The position numbers and the translations under genes were made by a program. The notes under the pieces are model-generated. The model made no database searches, was not told the origin of the DNA, and saw only the letters and a program-made list of their open reading frames with translations. Source: a cyanobacterium endosymbiont of Rhopalodia gibba (GTDB lineage Bacteria > Cyanobacteriota > Cyanobacteriia > Cyanobacteriales > Microcystaceae). From it: a stretch of DNA of 64,000 bases. Shown piece by piece: positions 34,407 through 46,260 of this stretch; position 1 is the stretch's first letter; every line of letters begins with the position of its first letter. The stretch lies in NCBI GenBank assembly GCA_045159875.1, contig CP067995.1, positions 2,528,001 to 2,592,000 on the forward strand, read 5' to 3'.

Positions 34407-34448
34407 AGGAGAAAAATAGAGCTTCAATTCAAGCTCTATTTTTCTCCT
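34407..34448. repeat. Perfect inverted repeat, 18-bp arms, 6-nt loop
   Basis: aggagaaaaatagagctt caattc aagctctatttttctcct. Confidence 0.95.
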
Positions 34449-34715
34449 GGTATTCAGGCTCAATGTTTTTTATCTACTATAGATAATAGTTTATGAGTTT
34501 CAAAAAATGAGCAGTTCTCAAAAGCTAAAATAGATTCTTCAAACTAATTTAATTGATGGGACTGCATATGATAGTTAGGATTTTCATGAAGTCACAAGAC
34601 TTTATAAAACGACACCACTGTTTAGCCTAGAATGCTAGAATATTCTTTTCCGCGGCTAAATTATCTCTTTTAAAGAGATATCGTTTACTATTGTTTTTTC
34701 TGAAAAAAATTTAAC

Positions 34716-34828
34716 TTAATTAAAGAAAAGAATACTAAAGATAGCAACTAAAAGTCATTCTAGATAAAGGGATGCCTGGCCTGGTTAAGTTCAACAGGTT
34801 AACGATTGAGATTATAGTTGCTTTCCAT
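34716..34828 (-). pseudogene. psbL: Photosystem II protein L pseudogene
   Basis: [31 protein letters not shown] versus PsbL [35 protein letters not shown]; has an internal stop and frameshift. Confidence 0.8.
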
Positions 34829-34837
34829 AAATTTCTC

Positions 34838-34934
34838 TTGTCGTTGAGCAAACCGTATAGCAGAGATACCGCCAATGAAGAAGACTGTAGAAACATCTAA
34901 CAGGTGAACGGACAACCATCTCACGGTAAAAGGG
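34838..34934 (-). pseudogene. psbF: Cytochrome b559 beta subunit pseudogene
   Basis: [30 protein letters not shown] versus PsbF [30 protein letters not shown]; start and stop are lost; lies directly upstream of psbL as in psbEFLJ. Confidence 0.85.
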
Positions 34935-35375
34935 TGTTTTTCTGAATTTAGCTATCAACAGCCTCACAAAGCTTAGATGTTCTCGTTTATTGAACTTGTT
35001 CTAGAATTAACTCCCCCAATAGAGCAGTCAAAAGTACTTCTTTGTCCACAAAAGAATTGTATAGGATTTGTTCGGAAACACGAGCTACCTTGGCTCTTCT
35101 CTCCACACTTGTGCCGGTATACCCATTTTCGGAAAATTATGGAAAAGCTCTCTGTAAAATTTATTGCGCTTTAACTGGATAACGGAAGGATGGAAGTGGG
35201 GAGAAACATAACTAAAATACGGACTGGACCGTACCATATTTGTTACCCTACGAGTAGGTTGTTAAAAATACTTAATTAAAAATTTCCTCTCTATCCTTAG
35301 CAAATTAAAAATTAATATGAGACAATGTGCATTTGTGTGTTAGATTAAATAACCACCTATTTGCTAAGATAGACT

Positions 35376-35570
35376 ATGGCTGCTAAAAAAGGAGTACGCA
35401 TTGTCATTACCTTGGAGTGTACTGAGTGTCGGACAAACACAGACAAACGCTCACCAGGGGTTTCTCGCTATACCACCAGCAAGAATCGCCGTAACACCAC
35501 AGCGAGAATGGAAATTAAGAAGTTCTGTCCCCACTGTAATGCTCACACTATACATAAGGAAATTAAATAG
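35376..35570 (+). CDS. rpmG: 50S ribosomal protein L33
   Basis: [11 protein letters not shown]...[34 protein letters not shown]. Confidence 0.97.
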   Translation: MAAKKGVRIVITLECTECRTNTDKRSPGVSRYTTSKNRRNTTARMEIKKFCPHCNAHTIHKEIK

Positions 35571-35613
35571 TCATCGGTCGCCGTAAAGTTTGTAAACAGT
35601 TAAACCAACAAAT

Positions 35614-35829
35614 ATGAGTTACTATCGTAAGCGTCTTTCTCCCGTCCCTCCGAGTCAACCCATTGACTATAAAGACACAGAACTCCTAAGAAAGTTCATC
35701 ACAGAACGGGGAAAAATTTTACCTCGACGGATTACAGGGTTGACGGCTAAACAACAACGGGACTTAACGACTGCTGTCAAAAGAGCTAGACTTATCGCTT
35801 TGTTACCTTTCGTAAACAAAGAAGCATAA
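35614..35829 (+). CDS. rpsR: 30S ribosomal protein S18
   Basis: [33 protein letters not shown]. Confidence 0.98.
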   Translation: MSYYRKRLSPVPPSQPIDYKDTELLRKFITERGKILPRRITGLTAKQQRDLTTAVKRARLIALLPFVNKEA

Positions 35830-36128
35830 GGTTGAAGCCATCACTCAAAACCTTATTACTTAAGCAAGAGATGGAGTGAGGCTTGGTCTTCGTTCTACCG
35901 AATACCGAATGAAGTCAGTAAACTTGAGGAAGTAAACTTGAGTACAATTAAGCGTAACAAAAAAGTTCAAGAGATTCTCCCACAGATAGTAACTATCAGT
36001 AATTCCGTTAATGTTAACTTTGAGATTAAAAGTCATACATAATCTAAAACCGTAGAGCTAGACTGAATAGTAAAAGCACGGGACTCCTAAATCAAGGAGT
36101 GATGTTAATAATCAAGGCAGCAAAGCGG

Positions 36129-38144
36129 GTGGAAAAAGGAAAGCTTATTGAATTTAAGGTACAGGGGGAACGTCGTATTGCCGTCGTTGACCGCCCAGAA
36201 GGAAAAAAAGATTGGATGGTCATTGATGTTGAAGGTCAATCCCACAAAATTCGACCTCAACGGGTAGAATACGAAGTAAATGGAGGATCCTACACAATCG
36301 AAGATATTTCCCAGTTTTTACAAAAAGCTGAACCCTACCTTGACTCCTCTAGTTTAGAAGTGGCTTGGGAGTTGTTAGTGGAAAATGGACAGAGTGTGAC
36401 TCCTTCTGAAATGGCGCAATTGCTGTTTTCTGCAGCTTCTCCAGTTCACTGTTATGCAGCTCACAGTTTGTTATGTGACGATAAAATTTACTTTAAGAAA
36501 AAAGGGGATAGTTACGAGCCGAGAAGCAGTGGTCAAGTTGAAGAAATAAAACATCAACTAGAGGTTAAACAACAACGTCAGCAAGAAAAAGAAGTATTCT
36601 TTACTAACATAAAAAAAGCTCTGGCAGGGCGGAAAGTTGATTGGACAGAAAGTGATCGTAATCGGTTGGAAATGTTAGAACGCTTAGTTTTGCAGCCGGA
36701 ACAAACCAATCGTAATTCTCAAGAAATATTGGATGAAATTGGACGATCTCCTACTCCTGAAGCGGCCTTTGAATTGTTAGTAGAATTAGGATGCTGGAGT
36801 CGCAACGAAAACCTATTTCTACGGCGTAGTTCTTATCCGATTCAATTTTCTAAAAAGGTACTTGACGTGGTGCAATTCTATTTAGAAAACCCTCCTCCTG
36901 ATCGAGACAATGATCGCCTTGATTTAACTCATCTCAAAGTGTATACCATCGATGATGAAAGTACTGAAGAAATTGATGACGGGTTAAGTGTAGAATTCTT
37001 AGAGGATGATCAAATCAAACTCTGGATTCATATCGCTGATCCAACTCGTCTAGTGACCCCAGGAGACGAATTGGATTTGGAAGCGCGGAGACGAAGTACC
37101 ACCCTCTATTTACCTACGGGCATGATTTCTATGTTTCCGATAGAATTGGCAACTGGACCAATGAGTTTACGCCAGGGTAAAATCTGTCCTGCCTTGAGTT
37201 TTGGCGTGATTTTAGATGATAAAGGGGCGGTTCTTGATTATTCGATCCACACCAGTTTAATTAAACCAACCTATCGCCTCACGTATCATGATGTAGATGA
37301 GATGTTCCACTTAGCCATCAAAGCTGAACCAGAGATCCCTATCCTAGCTGACGCTTCCAAGCAGCGACACCGATGGCGGAAGTCTCAAGGATCGATTACT
37401 ATCAAGATGCCAGAGGCAGTCATTAAAGTTAAATCCGAAGATGATATTGTAATCGAACTGATTGATAGTTCAAGAGCAAGACAATTAGTGGCGGAAATGA
37501 TGATTTTGGCCGGGGAAGTAGCTGGGCGTTATTGTAAAGAACACAGTTTACCAGTTCCGTTTAGGGGACAGCCTCAACCAGAATTACCCTCAGAAGAAGA
37601 ATTACTCTTATTACCTCCAGGACCTGTGAGGGCTTGTGCTTTGCGCCGTTGTATGCCTCGTAGTGAGATAGGAACTTTACCTAATAGACATGCAAGTCTA
37701 GGTTTAGATACTTATACTCAAGTGACCTCACCCATTCGCCGTTATACGGATTTGTTAACTCATTTTCAACTTAAGGCACATTTACGGGGCGAACCTTTTC
37801 CATTCCCCCTTGATGTTATGCAACAGATTATTTATAGCGTGACTTTATCAGCTCAAGAGGCGACGTTGGTAGAACGACAAACTAATCGTTATTGGGGATT
37901 AGAGTTTTTGCGGCGTAATGCCGATCAAATTTGGCAAGGAGTAGTTTTGCGTTGGTTGCGAGAAGATGAAAATTTAGGAATCTTGCTACTCGAAGAATTA
38001 GGATTGGAATTGCCTCACCGCTTTGAAAAGGCTGTGTCTTTGGGTGATCGTTTGTTGGTTCAGGTTAGTCGTTCTGATCCTCATCGTGATGAGATTCGCT
38101 TTCGAGAGATGCCTAAACATGAAGTCCAATCAAGTATGATTTAA
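36129..38144 (+). CDS. rnb: Ribonuclease II/R-family exoribonuclease
   Basis: TIDDESTEEIDDGLS, HIADPT and YTQVTSPIRRYTDL; likely GTG start at 36129. Confidence 0.92.
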   Translation: MEKGKLIEFKVQGERRIAVVDRPEGKKDWMVIDVEGQSHKIRPQRVEYEVNGGSYTIEDISQFLQKAEPYLDSSSLEVAWELLVENGQSVTPSEMAQLLFSAASPVHCYAAHSLLCDDKIYFKKKGDSYEPRSSGQVEEIKHQLEVKQQRQQEKEVFFTNIKKALAGRKVDWTESDRNRLEMLERLVLQPEQTNRNSQEILDEIGRSPTPEAAFELLVELGCWSRNENLFLRRSSYPIQFSKKVLDVVQFYLENPPPDRDNDRLDLTHLKVYTIDDESTEEIDDGLSVEFLEDDQIKLWIHIADPTRLVTPGDELDLEARRRSTTLYLPTGMISMFPIELATGPMSLRQGKICPALSFGVILDDKGAVLDYSIHTSLIKPTYRLTYHDVDEMFHLAIKAEPEIPILADASKQRHRWRKSQGSITIKMPEAVIKVKSEDDIVIELIDSSRARQLVAEMMILAGEVAGRYCKEHSLPVPFRGQPQPELPSEEELLLLPPGPVRACALRRCMPRSEIGTLPNRHASLGLDTYTQVTSPIRRYTDLLTHFQLKAHLRGEPFPFPLDVMQQIIYSVTLSAQEATLVERQTNRYWGLEFLRRNADQIWQGVVLRWLREDENLGILLLEELGLELPHRFEKAVSLGDRLLVQVSRSDPHRDEIRFREMPKHEVQSSMI

Positions 38145-38509
38145 AATAGCTGCAACAATTCAACTTCATCTGAGTAAAATTGTTAGTTTAGATAGAAATT
38201 ATTTTGGTTTTTATAGAAGACTGATTCAAGTGCTAGAAGTATATGATTTTCTTTTGTTTTATTTTATGTTATTAGACATTTTTAGATAAAAAATCGTTAT
38301 AAATTAGTTATTTAATTACTCTTGATATTCTTGTTTATTTTCGTCTGATTCGTTTTTTTAAAACTAAAATGTTTAAACTCTCTTTAGATACAGAAGTTAT
38401 TTCATAATTAGATTAGTTATGATATCAAGATTGATATACAGAAATAATTAAGAAAATGTAATAATAGTTACATCTATTATGTAATAATTGACAAGTTTAT
38501 AAAGCTAAA

Positions 38510-38720
38510 AAACTAAAATAAAGGTGCAAACTAAGGCTAACTATAACCCTAAACAATAAAAGACAAAAAATATGTTGTCTTTACTAAAATCCTCGCCAAT
38601 TGATGGTAAAATAAATCAAGAATTGATTGAGCTGTTAGCGAACAAGTTTAAAGTTGCTAGATTCAGAAATAATCGTTAAATAGAGAATATCCTCTCGGAA
38701 GAAATTAATTGATATAAAAT
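38510..38720 (+). pseudogene. DUF167/YggU-family pseudogene
   Basis: KSSPIDGKINQELIELLANKFKVA matches the family motif PP.DGKAN.ELI.LLA..F.V. Confidence 0.7.
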
Positions 38721-38879
38721 AATAATCAAAAAATATTGTCTGTTCCTGAGCTTTAGGATAGAAAGACAAAATTTGATAGTGAGAAATTAAATTCTAGTAA
38801 TAAGTCAGATATTTTAAATGGGTTTAGGAATCAGTATTTATCTCAGTTTAATAAGAACGAATCCAGTGATCACTCAAGG

Positions 38880-39500
38880 AACTATAGTTAAAACCTTAAC
38901 CGTTAACCGTTGTCAGATAGGGAATAGAAAGAATTTTTAACGCTTTGACTTACATTCGACTAAAGATAGAAATTTAAGGAAGTTAAAGAAAAAGTGGCTA
39001 AGTGAACTCAACGGGTAGTGGACTTGCTGAAATTGCGCAACGTACAACGACTCCAAACTATCGGACCACAATTACAACCTAACTATAAAATATTAGGATA
39101 ATCAGTAAATATAGTTTTTTTTCGAATAAATAATGTAATTGTTTCTGATCACAGAACAAGTGAGAACATAATTTAGAGAAAACGGTGAAATTAGGAGTAA
39201 CTCGTAATTGATGGAGTCAGTTTTACAGCCACCCAATCAGCGATCGCGGTGGCTCCAAAAGAAGCTTTCTCTCAAGCTACAGAAAACTCACAGCAACAAG
39301 TACAAGCAGTTTTACAAGTCCTGAACTAGACTACGAGGGAATCGTTAGGATTAGAATTGATGGAACTAATGTTCCCTGTTCTAGATTATTGCAAACTGAA
39401 TGGCGTTCAGCAAGAGCCTCTGATGCTAGTATGCCAATGATTGGGGCAAAACAGACCGTAAGGGGTAAGGGCTTCTGTTACTCTACAAATAGCCACTAAC
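38880..39500 (+). pseudogene. SIMPL/DUF541 periplasmic protein pseudogene
   Basis: KTLTV, VVDLLKLRNVQRLQTIGPQLQPNY, IDGVSFTATQSAIAVA.KEA and IGAKQTVR.ASVTLQI, with stops and frameshifts. Confidence 0.75.
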
Positions 39501-39533
39501 CATTTAACCAACTAACTGTTTAGGAAACATCAA

Positions 39534-40190
39534 ATGACAAATTACACAATAACGATTACCGAAGCCAGAGAATTATTTCGTGCTGCTTATAACAATCGCT
39601 ACACTTGGGATAGAAATTTTCCAGGGTATACAGCAGATGTGATTTATCAACGAAAAGATAAGATTTTTACTGGTAAAGTTCGAGTTAATCAGAATCTCAG
39701 TGCTGAGGTTTTAAATGTTGATGAGCTTGAAATCAAAAAAGAACTTCATCATCAACTGTGGGAAATTGCCATTCATCGTATTCGTCGAGCCTTTGAAGAC
39801 ACTCACGGACAGAATACCTTTACGTATGGGGGAATAGATGATACTGGTGCAGTAGAACTCCTTGTCGGTGGTAAGTCCGAAGGAAATAGTTACAAAGTTC
39901 GTAATAATGAAGTATGTTATGTTCGTCGCCATATTCATAGCGTAGTCGTCACTATCAATACCTTTAGTAGCCATAACACAGGAGAGGGCTATTTGTCTCA
40001 CCGTTATGATTCTGTTTACCACAATTCTAAAACTGGAGAACTTAAAGGTGAGACAAATAGTTTCGAGGATAATTATGAAAAAGTAGGGAAATATTATATT
40101 CTTGCCAGTCGTATTATCCAAACTAAAGAACAAAAACAGATAACAACCGAAGTATTTAACTTTTCTAATATTCAGTTATTATCAGTCTAA
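39534..40190 (+). CDS. DUF3386-family protein
   Basis: ARELFRAAYNNRYTWD.NFPGY.AD and LWEIAIHRIRRAFEDTHGQNTF. Confidence 0.8.
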   Translation: MTNYTITITEARELFRAAYNNRYTWDRNFPGYTADVIYQRKDKIFTGKVRVNQNLSAEVLNVDELEIKKELHHQLWEIAIHRIRRAFEDTHGQNTFTYGGIDDTGAVELLVGGKSEGNSYKVRNNEVCYVRRHIHSVVVTINTFSSHNTGEGYLSHRYDSVYHNSKTGELKGETNSFEDNYEKVGKYYILASRIIQTKEQKQITTEVFNFSNIQLLSV

Positions 40191-40246
40191 TAATTAGATT
40201 TGTATCCTTAACTTTAATATCGCGATAGACATATATTATAAAACCC

Positions 40247-40271
40247 AACCTTAGCCATTGGTGCTAAGGTT
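40247..40271 (+). terminator. Probable terminator hairpin
   Basis: aaccttagc / gctaaggtt, about 55 nt after the stop codon. Confidence 0.5.
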
Positions 40272-41389
40272 AGGAGTTTATGAGAAATCCTCAAAATTTT
40301 AAGTGCTAATCTAAATGCAATATAACACTAGACTAATACATAAGTACTTTAGTTTTTATAAAGAATATATAGGTAAATTTAAATAAATCTGAATATAAAA
40401 ACACAGTTAAAAAAGAATGATTTTTATTTCCTGTTTATCTTAACTATTTTTAGCTAGAAATATAAAGTATAGTGACTAGTTTTTAAAAAATTTAATACCC
40501 TAATTGTTTGATGTTTTTATTATATTTTTTAAATCTCTTTTTATCGTTAATTTCTTCTATAAAGTACCTGCAAAATTGACAAAAATAACTCGACTATTTG
40601 ATTGTTTTTTTAAATTAGAAAACTCTACTAAAAATTTTACATTGTTCTATATCTATTTTTTCGATAAAACTACATAAGTAGATTTAATAGAAGAGAGTTA
40701 CATTCAATAAAAGTTCATGAAATTACTAAAAAATATTTAAAAATTAATATAATTTAGCCAATAAAGTTAAATGAAGAATTTTCAAAAAACAATATTAACT
40801 TAACCCTAGTTATTTAACTATAAAGATACAATTTTTTTTGACATTCAAACTATAACTAATTAATATTTAGTTTGTTCCCAGTAATATTTAGTATATAAAT
40901 AACATTAAAAGCAATTATTGTCATAGGTTTTTGTTTTTTTATAAAAAAATCTTAATCAAGATTGTCTAACTCAAGTTTTCAATTTTGGGTTAACAGGGAC
41001 TTTATTTTATTTTAACTTAGCGATAAGCAACAGTTTAAATACTGCTATAGCCTAGCATAGCTGTTTCCCTTTGAATAGAATAAGTAGCCAGAAACATTTA
41101 ATTAACCCGTTTTTGAGCTTCAACAACAAAAGATAGTTTTGATATTCTTAGTTCAAGGATTTTTAAAAAATTCTTTAGCTTATCCAATGAAATAACCTAG
41201 TATTTTTTGTTAATCCATAATAGTTTCTTTGTTAATACATAATCAAACTGCTCATAGTTAATGCATGTAAGTAACCAATGAATTAAGCCTATAATCCCAA
41301 TATTCCCACATTCCTAAAAATTTGCTATAGACTATCTGGGACTCTCTGTTCGCTTGTAGTTCCAAACGGTGATTTAGGTTTAACCAAAT

Positions 41390-41425
41390 AACATGAGGGG
41401 CGAATGGCTATTCACCCCTCATGTT
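41390..41425. repeat. REP-like hairpin remnant with an extended stem
   Basis: aacatgagggg-cgaatggctattca-cccctcatgtt; the core resembles the cyanobacterial AGGGGCGAATGGCCATTCGCCCCT repeat. Confidence 0.7.
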
Positions 41426-41640
41426 CTTATCAATCAGCAGTAATGGCTAAAACTGGACAGGAAATATTAAAAGTTTAAATGATTTCCTTTCAATTTATGT
41501 TATCACACTACCTATTTAAAATCAGGAAATAGAGAAAAACAAACATGTCCTCTTGAGAAACTATCACCTGTTTTCTGTTGACTAATTACCTAGTCGATAA
41601 TGCCATAACTCAAAAAGGTTGCTTACTTTTGCAATTTAGC

Positions 41641-41898
41641 TTATGAGAAGAACCCTGGAACCCTTCCAGCCGATGCAGCGCCATCCTTCTGAGAAAGGAT
41701 CACGGCACTGATTTGATCGCTCATCACAGCGACTTTCTTCTCCGTTTGTTTTTCGCAAGTTAATTCAATTAACTCAGAAGTTTCGGAGCGCATAGCAGAA
41801 ATAATTTTCTCATATAGAGAGTCAGCATCTTCTGTCTCTTTGCGCTGGACGGAAATAAGGATAGACGTATATTTTAGGGTCAGGTCAATGCTAATCAT
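41641..41898 (-). CDS. Small conserved cyanobacterial hypothetical protein
   Basis: Clean 85-aa ORF (IDLTLK...SVQRKE...ELTCEKQ..KK.AV) with coding-like composition. Confidence 0.7.
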   Translation of the reverse strand: MISIDLTLKYTSILISVQRKETEDADSLYEKIISAMRSETSELIELTCEKQTEKKVAVMSDQISAVILSQKDGAASAGRVPGFFS

Positions 41899-42980
41899 GA
41901 ATGATCTTAACTACAGAGGTGTCCTTTTGATTATCTGACAGAATTTATCTTTCTCTTCAGAACCAACAGCTAAGGAAAAATCTTAATCTTTTATTAAAAC
42001 TCTAGATGGAAAGCTATGATGCTTTATTCCAGAGGGGTATAACTCAAGAAAAGTCAAAATAGAAAAGTAAAAATTTCTCACAATTCTCTGAGTATTATGA
42101 ACTTAGGAGTCTTCAAAGCAGAAGTTGAGATAACTCTTTAATAAGGATTTGGAGATTTATACAATAATCATTGTAGTCAGACGCGTCTCTCTGTGAGAAT
42201 AGTTTAAAACTTTCCGTTTAGTCAGTATTCATCTTTACAATCCCATTGCTTTCTCTGCTCCTGTTACAGTATTCGTCAGTGTATTCTTTGGAACTGTAGG
42301 ATTCTTCGCTTTATTCTCTTCCTTCAAAGGTTCCACATTCCACAACTGGATTCTCAAGCCCCTTCCACATGATAGGAGTCGTTGAGTTATCAGTGGTGTC
42401 TTATCATGTGCCATCTACGGTGTCACCCTCGAAAACATCCTGTTTGAAATTTAAAAATGGAAAACAAGCAAATTCTTCACTGTGTATTTGAATAGACCAA
42501 ATCTTAATTGCTTTATCCAGATTATACTTCTTCATGCTATCTATTTCTGTAAATGAACTCTGGATGAGTTTTTTGGACATTGTTGCTCTAGCTTTAAACC
42601 TACGACTTATGATTTTGTTTCTCAAGAATTTGCTCCATTGTAATTTTAATGTTTTTAACTTCACCTCTTCCCAAACAAAAATAATATCTTTTTTCTCAAA
42701 ATGAATACCGTCAATTGATAGGTAGAATGAAAATATAGAAATGATATAAATCACCAAATAATAAATACTTCGATAAGATTGGGACTATATTTTATGTCAG
42801 AAGTGTCACATATGAGTAAATACCACTTACAGCATAGAGATCCTACTTCCTTTTCCTTTCCTGACTTTCCGTCACTTAAGTACTTCTGTCTCGGTTAATA
42901 TCTTGTGTATAATTAATTACCTGGGTACAGCAGATTAGGACAAACAACCGCTCTACACCTCATCTAAATTCACAAAATCT

Positions 42981-43943
42981 ATGGCTGTTTTTATTCCAAA
43001 TCGCCCCATCCGTATCGGTTCGCGTACAAGTCCGTTAGCTTTAGTGCAAACTTATTGGGTACAAAAAGAACTACAAAGTTACTACCCTGAACGCCAATTC
43101 GACGTAGAAACCATGAATACTCAAGGCGATAAAATTCTCAATGTTTCCCTGGCTAAAATCGGTGATAAAGGGCTATTTACCAAGGAATTAGAAGTAGCTA
43201 TGGGAAAAAATCAGGTTGATTTTGCCGTGCATTCTCTCAAAGACCTCCCTACTAATCTGCCAGATGGCTTAGTGTTAGGGTGTGTGACTGAAAGAATTGA
43301 TCCGGCTGATGCGGTTGTTTTTAATAAAAAGCATCAGGACAAACAATTAGAGACTTTACCCGAAGGGGCAGTCATTGGGACTTCTTCCTTACGTCGTTTA
43401 GCCCAACTGCGCTATCATTTTCCTAATTTAACCTTTAAAGACGTGCGAGGTAATGTTAATACTCGCCTTAGAAAACTTGATGAGGGAGAATACGATGCGA
43501 TCGTTTTAGCTGTAGCAGGTTTACAGCGTTTAAATATGGGTGATCGGGTTCATCAAATCATTAAGAAAGAGATTTGCCTTCATGCTGTAGGACAGGGCGC
43601 TTTAGGGCTCGAATGTCGTGAAAGAGATGAAGAGATCCTAGAAATACTCAAAGTATTAGAACACGAACCCACCCGTGATCGCTGTTATGCCGAACGAGCA
43701 TTTTTACGAGAACTCGAAGGCGGTTGTCAAGTTCCGATTGGTGTGAACACAACTATAGAAGGAGATACTCTAACTTTAACGGGAATGGTGGCTAGTCTTG
43801 ACGGTCAAACCGTGATTAAAGACACTATCAGTGGACAACGAGAGTTTGCAGAGCACATAGGACTAGATTTAGCTAAATGTTTACGAGATACCGGTGCAGG
43901 TCAAGTCTTGGCAGGAATTTTCGCTCAAATTGAACGACGATAA
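42981..43943 (+). CDS. hemC: Hydroxymethylbilane synthase (porphobilinogen deaminase)
   Basis: [34 protein letters not shown] and [10 protein letters not shown]. Confidence 0.97.
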   Translation: MAVFIPNRPIRIGSRTSPLALVQTYWVQKELQSYYPERQFDVETMNTQGDKILNVSLAKIGDKGLFTKELEVAMGKNQVDFAVHSLKDLPTNLPDGLVLGCVTERIDPADAVVFNKKHQDKQLETLPEGAVIGTSSLRRLAQLRYHFPNLTFKDVRGNVNTRLRKLDEGEYDAIVLAVAGLQRLNMGDRVHQIIKKEICLHAVGQGALGLECRERDEEILEILKVLEHEPTRDRCYAERAFLRELEGGCQVPIGVNTTIEGDTLTLTGMVASLDGQTVIKDTISGQREFAEHIGLDLAKCLRDTGAGQVLAGIFAQIERR

Positions 43944-44033
43944 GGATTAACAAGGATAAAAGGCTTGCTCAAAGTGTAAGTGATAAGTTAATAACCTTGA
44001 CTATTTCTGTTCAACCTACTTTTGTGCTGGCTT

Positions 44034-45068
44034 TTAACATTGATGCCAATTCGCCCAATCTTGAGGTTTTAAGAAAGTGTCATATAACTTAAATTCAGGA
44101 GTATTTGGTTCAGGAGAATAACAATATTCCCAACGTACTAACGGCGGCAAAGACATGAGAATTGATTCAGTGCGTCCGTTGGTTTGTAACCCAAAAATAG
44201 TCCCGCGATCATAGACTAAATTAAACTCTACATATCGTCCCCGTCGATATAATTGGAATTGCCTTTCCCTGTCTCCATATTTTATATGGCGTCGCTTTTC
44301 CACGATAGGAACATAGGCTGGAAAAAAAGCTTGTCCACAGCTATTAACAAAAGCAAAAAGGTCTTCCCAAGTGCGGGGTTCTAAAGAAAGTAGTTGGTTA
44401 CTGTGAAGGGACGCTGCTTTGTCAGCATAAGGACCGTGGTATAAAGAAGTTAAGCCATCTTGATAATCGAAGAAAATACCACCGACTCCGCGCATTTCTT
44501 GCCTATGCTTAAGATAAAAATATTCATCACACCAAGGTTTAAAGACAGCGTAATATTCTGGATGATGTTTATCACAAGCTTCTTTAAGGGTACGGTGAAA
44601 ATGGGCAACATCTTCAGCAAAAGGATAATAAGGGGTTAAATCAATCCCCCCCCCAAACCACCACACAGGACCAGCTTCAAAATAACGACAATTGAGGTGA
44701 ACCGTCGGAATATAGGGATTACAGGGATGGAGAACCATAGAGGTACCCGTAGCATAAAAACCATGTCCTTCGGCCTCTGGTCGTTGTATCAAAATAGACG
44801 AAGGTAACTGTTGCCCCCAGACTTCTGAGAAGTTTACCCCACCCTGTTCCAACACACCACCATCACGAAGAACACGAGAACGCCCTCCTCCTCCTTCTTC
44901 TCGTTGCCAACTATATTCACAGAATTTACTTTGACCATCAACTTCTTCGAGTTTGGCACAGATTTTATCTTGAAGATTTTTCATAAACTGACTAACCTTT
45001 TTTTGTGCATCTTCAGGGGGAAGGGAAGCTCTTTTTAAAGTGGTTGAGTTTGTTTTCAAGGGGGTCAT
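44034..45068 (-). CDS. hemF: Oxygen-dependent coproporphyrinogen III oxidase
   Basis: [29 protein letters not shown] and [22 protein letters not shown]. Confidence 0.97.
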   Translation of the reverse strand: MTPLKTNSTTLKRASLPPEDAQKKVSQFMKNLQDKICAKLEEVDGQSKFCEYSWQREEGGGGRSRVLRDGGVLEQGGVNFSEVWGQQLPSSILIQRPEAEGHGFYATGTSMVLHPCNPYIPTVHLNCRYFEAGPVWWFGGGIDLTPYYPFAEDVAHFHRTLKEACDKHHPEYYAVFKPWCDEYFYLKHRQEMRGVGGIFFDYQDGLTSLYHGPYADKAASLHSNQLLSLEPRTWEDLFAFVNSCGQAFFPAYVPIVEKRRHIKYGDRERQFQLYRRGRYVEFNLVYDRGTIFGLQTNGRTESILMSLPPLVRWEYCYSPEPNTPEFKLYDTFLKPQDWANWHQC

Positions 45069-46260
45069 AGTATTTATCGTTTAGTCTCTTACACTTTAAC
45101 TTTAATTGAGAAACGTCCTAACGTAAAATTGGGAAAATACAGCATTAATTTAGCCATTAGGTATCATTTTTAACTTTTCTGTTACAGCTTTAGCCCCTTA
45201 ATAGAGACGAGTAGAGTTACTATTAATTAATTTACGACTTGTTAGGAGCATTAAGCTAGTCATTGACAATGTATCTTAATAGTTGATAATGACTAGTTTC
45301 TATTAAATGTAACACTGATGGACAGTGGCTATAATAGACTCATTTTCCAGAAGATATTTGAATTATTTTGACTTTAGAGAACTTTTTAGACTTTTTTAAA
45401 GTTTTAGAAAACGATATACAATTAATTGATTTTATTTATCTGGTATTTAGTATCTTGTTCAAGAATAAGAAAATGAGGATTTTATTTTTTTAAAAAAAAT
45501 ACGAAATTTATTTGTATATAATATTTTTATTGGCTCTACAAAATCAGTGGTTAATTATCGCAAACGTAAACATTTTAATGTTTTTATATAAGGGTATTTA
45601 AATATTTAATATATCTTGTAATATACATCTAAGTTAATTGTTAAAATTATATATTACCAGAAGAATAGAGAGTAAAATAATTCACCAGATTAAATCTTCA
45701 GTAAATGTTTTTAATATACTTAATTTTTAAGAAAATACTTAAATTTTAAAATATATAAAAAACTTATTAGACTCAATACTCACATAAAAAATATTTATCA
45801 ATCTTGAGCATGTTATCTCTTTCCTCGAAAAAACTTATGTTAAGAACACGTTCAAAGTAAAAAATGCGACTATAGAATATATTTTTATTTAAAAATGGCA
45901 ATCTACTACCATAAAAGGAGATATCTATGATAAATTATCATAGATAAAAGCCGGTTACGATGAAACGATTATATAATAATATTGAAGATTTTAAAAAAAA
46001 ATTAGAGATTATTTGAGTTTCTAATAGTTTGCTTGTTATCAACAATATTGCTAAATGAGTCCATATTAGAATTTAGCAAATATCTACTATTATAGAATAA
46101 TATAGTGTATTTATATACATTTTTGTGTAGGTTGTAAATTACCGTTTATAGTATTAACAAAATTTTAAAACCGATAGTTAAATAAACATTTTGGAGAATT
46201 GATTTAGCTAAATTGAACCTAGGAGATATAAAAAAAGAGTGGGACTGGTAAAAATATACG

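Noticed and set aside
34185..34448. Possible CRISPR array or MITE family behind the palindromes
   Set aside because: The hairpins share no sequence, have no regular spacing and no cas genes are nearby.
34950..35260. ycf48/psbE remnant upstream of psbF, and ORF 34977-35174
   Set aside because: The position fits ycf48 but the similarity is too weak to call by eye; the plus-strand ORF has no recognisable motif.
42180..42410. TGA recoding suggested by several in-frame TGA codons
   Set aside because: TAA stops occur in the same frame, and intact genes (thiE, anti-sigma) end in TGA.
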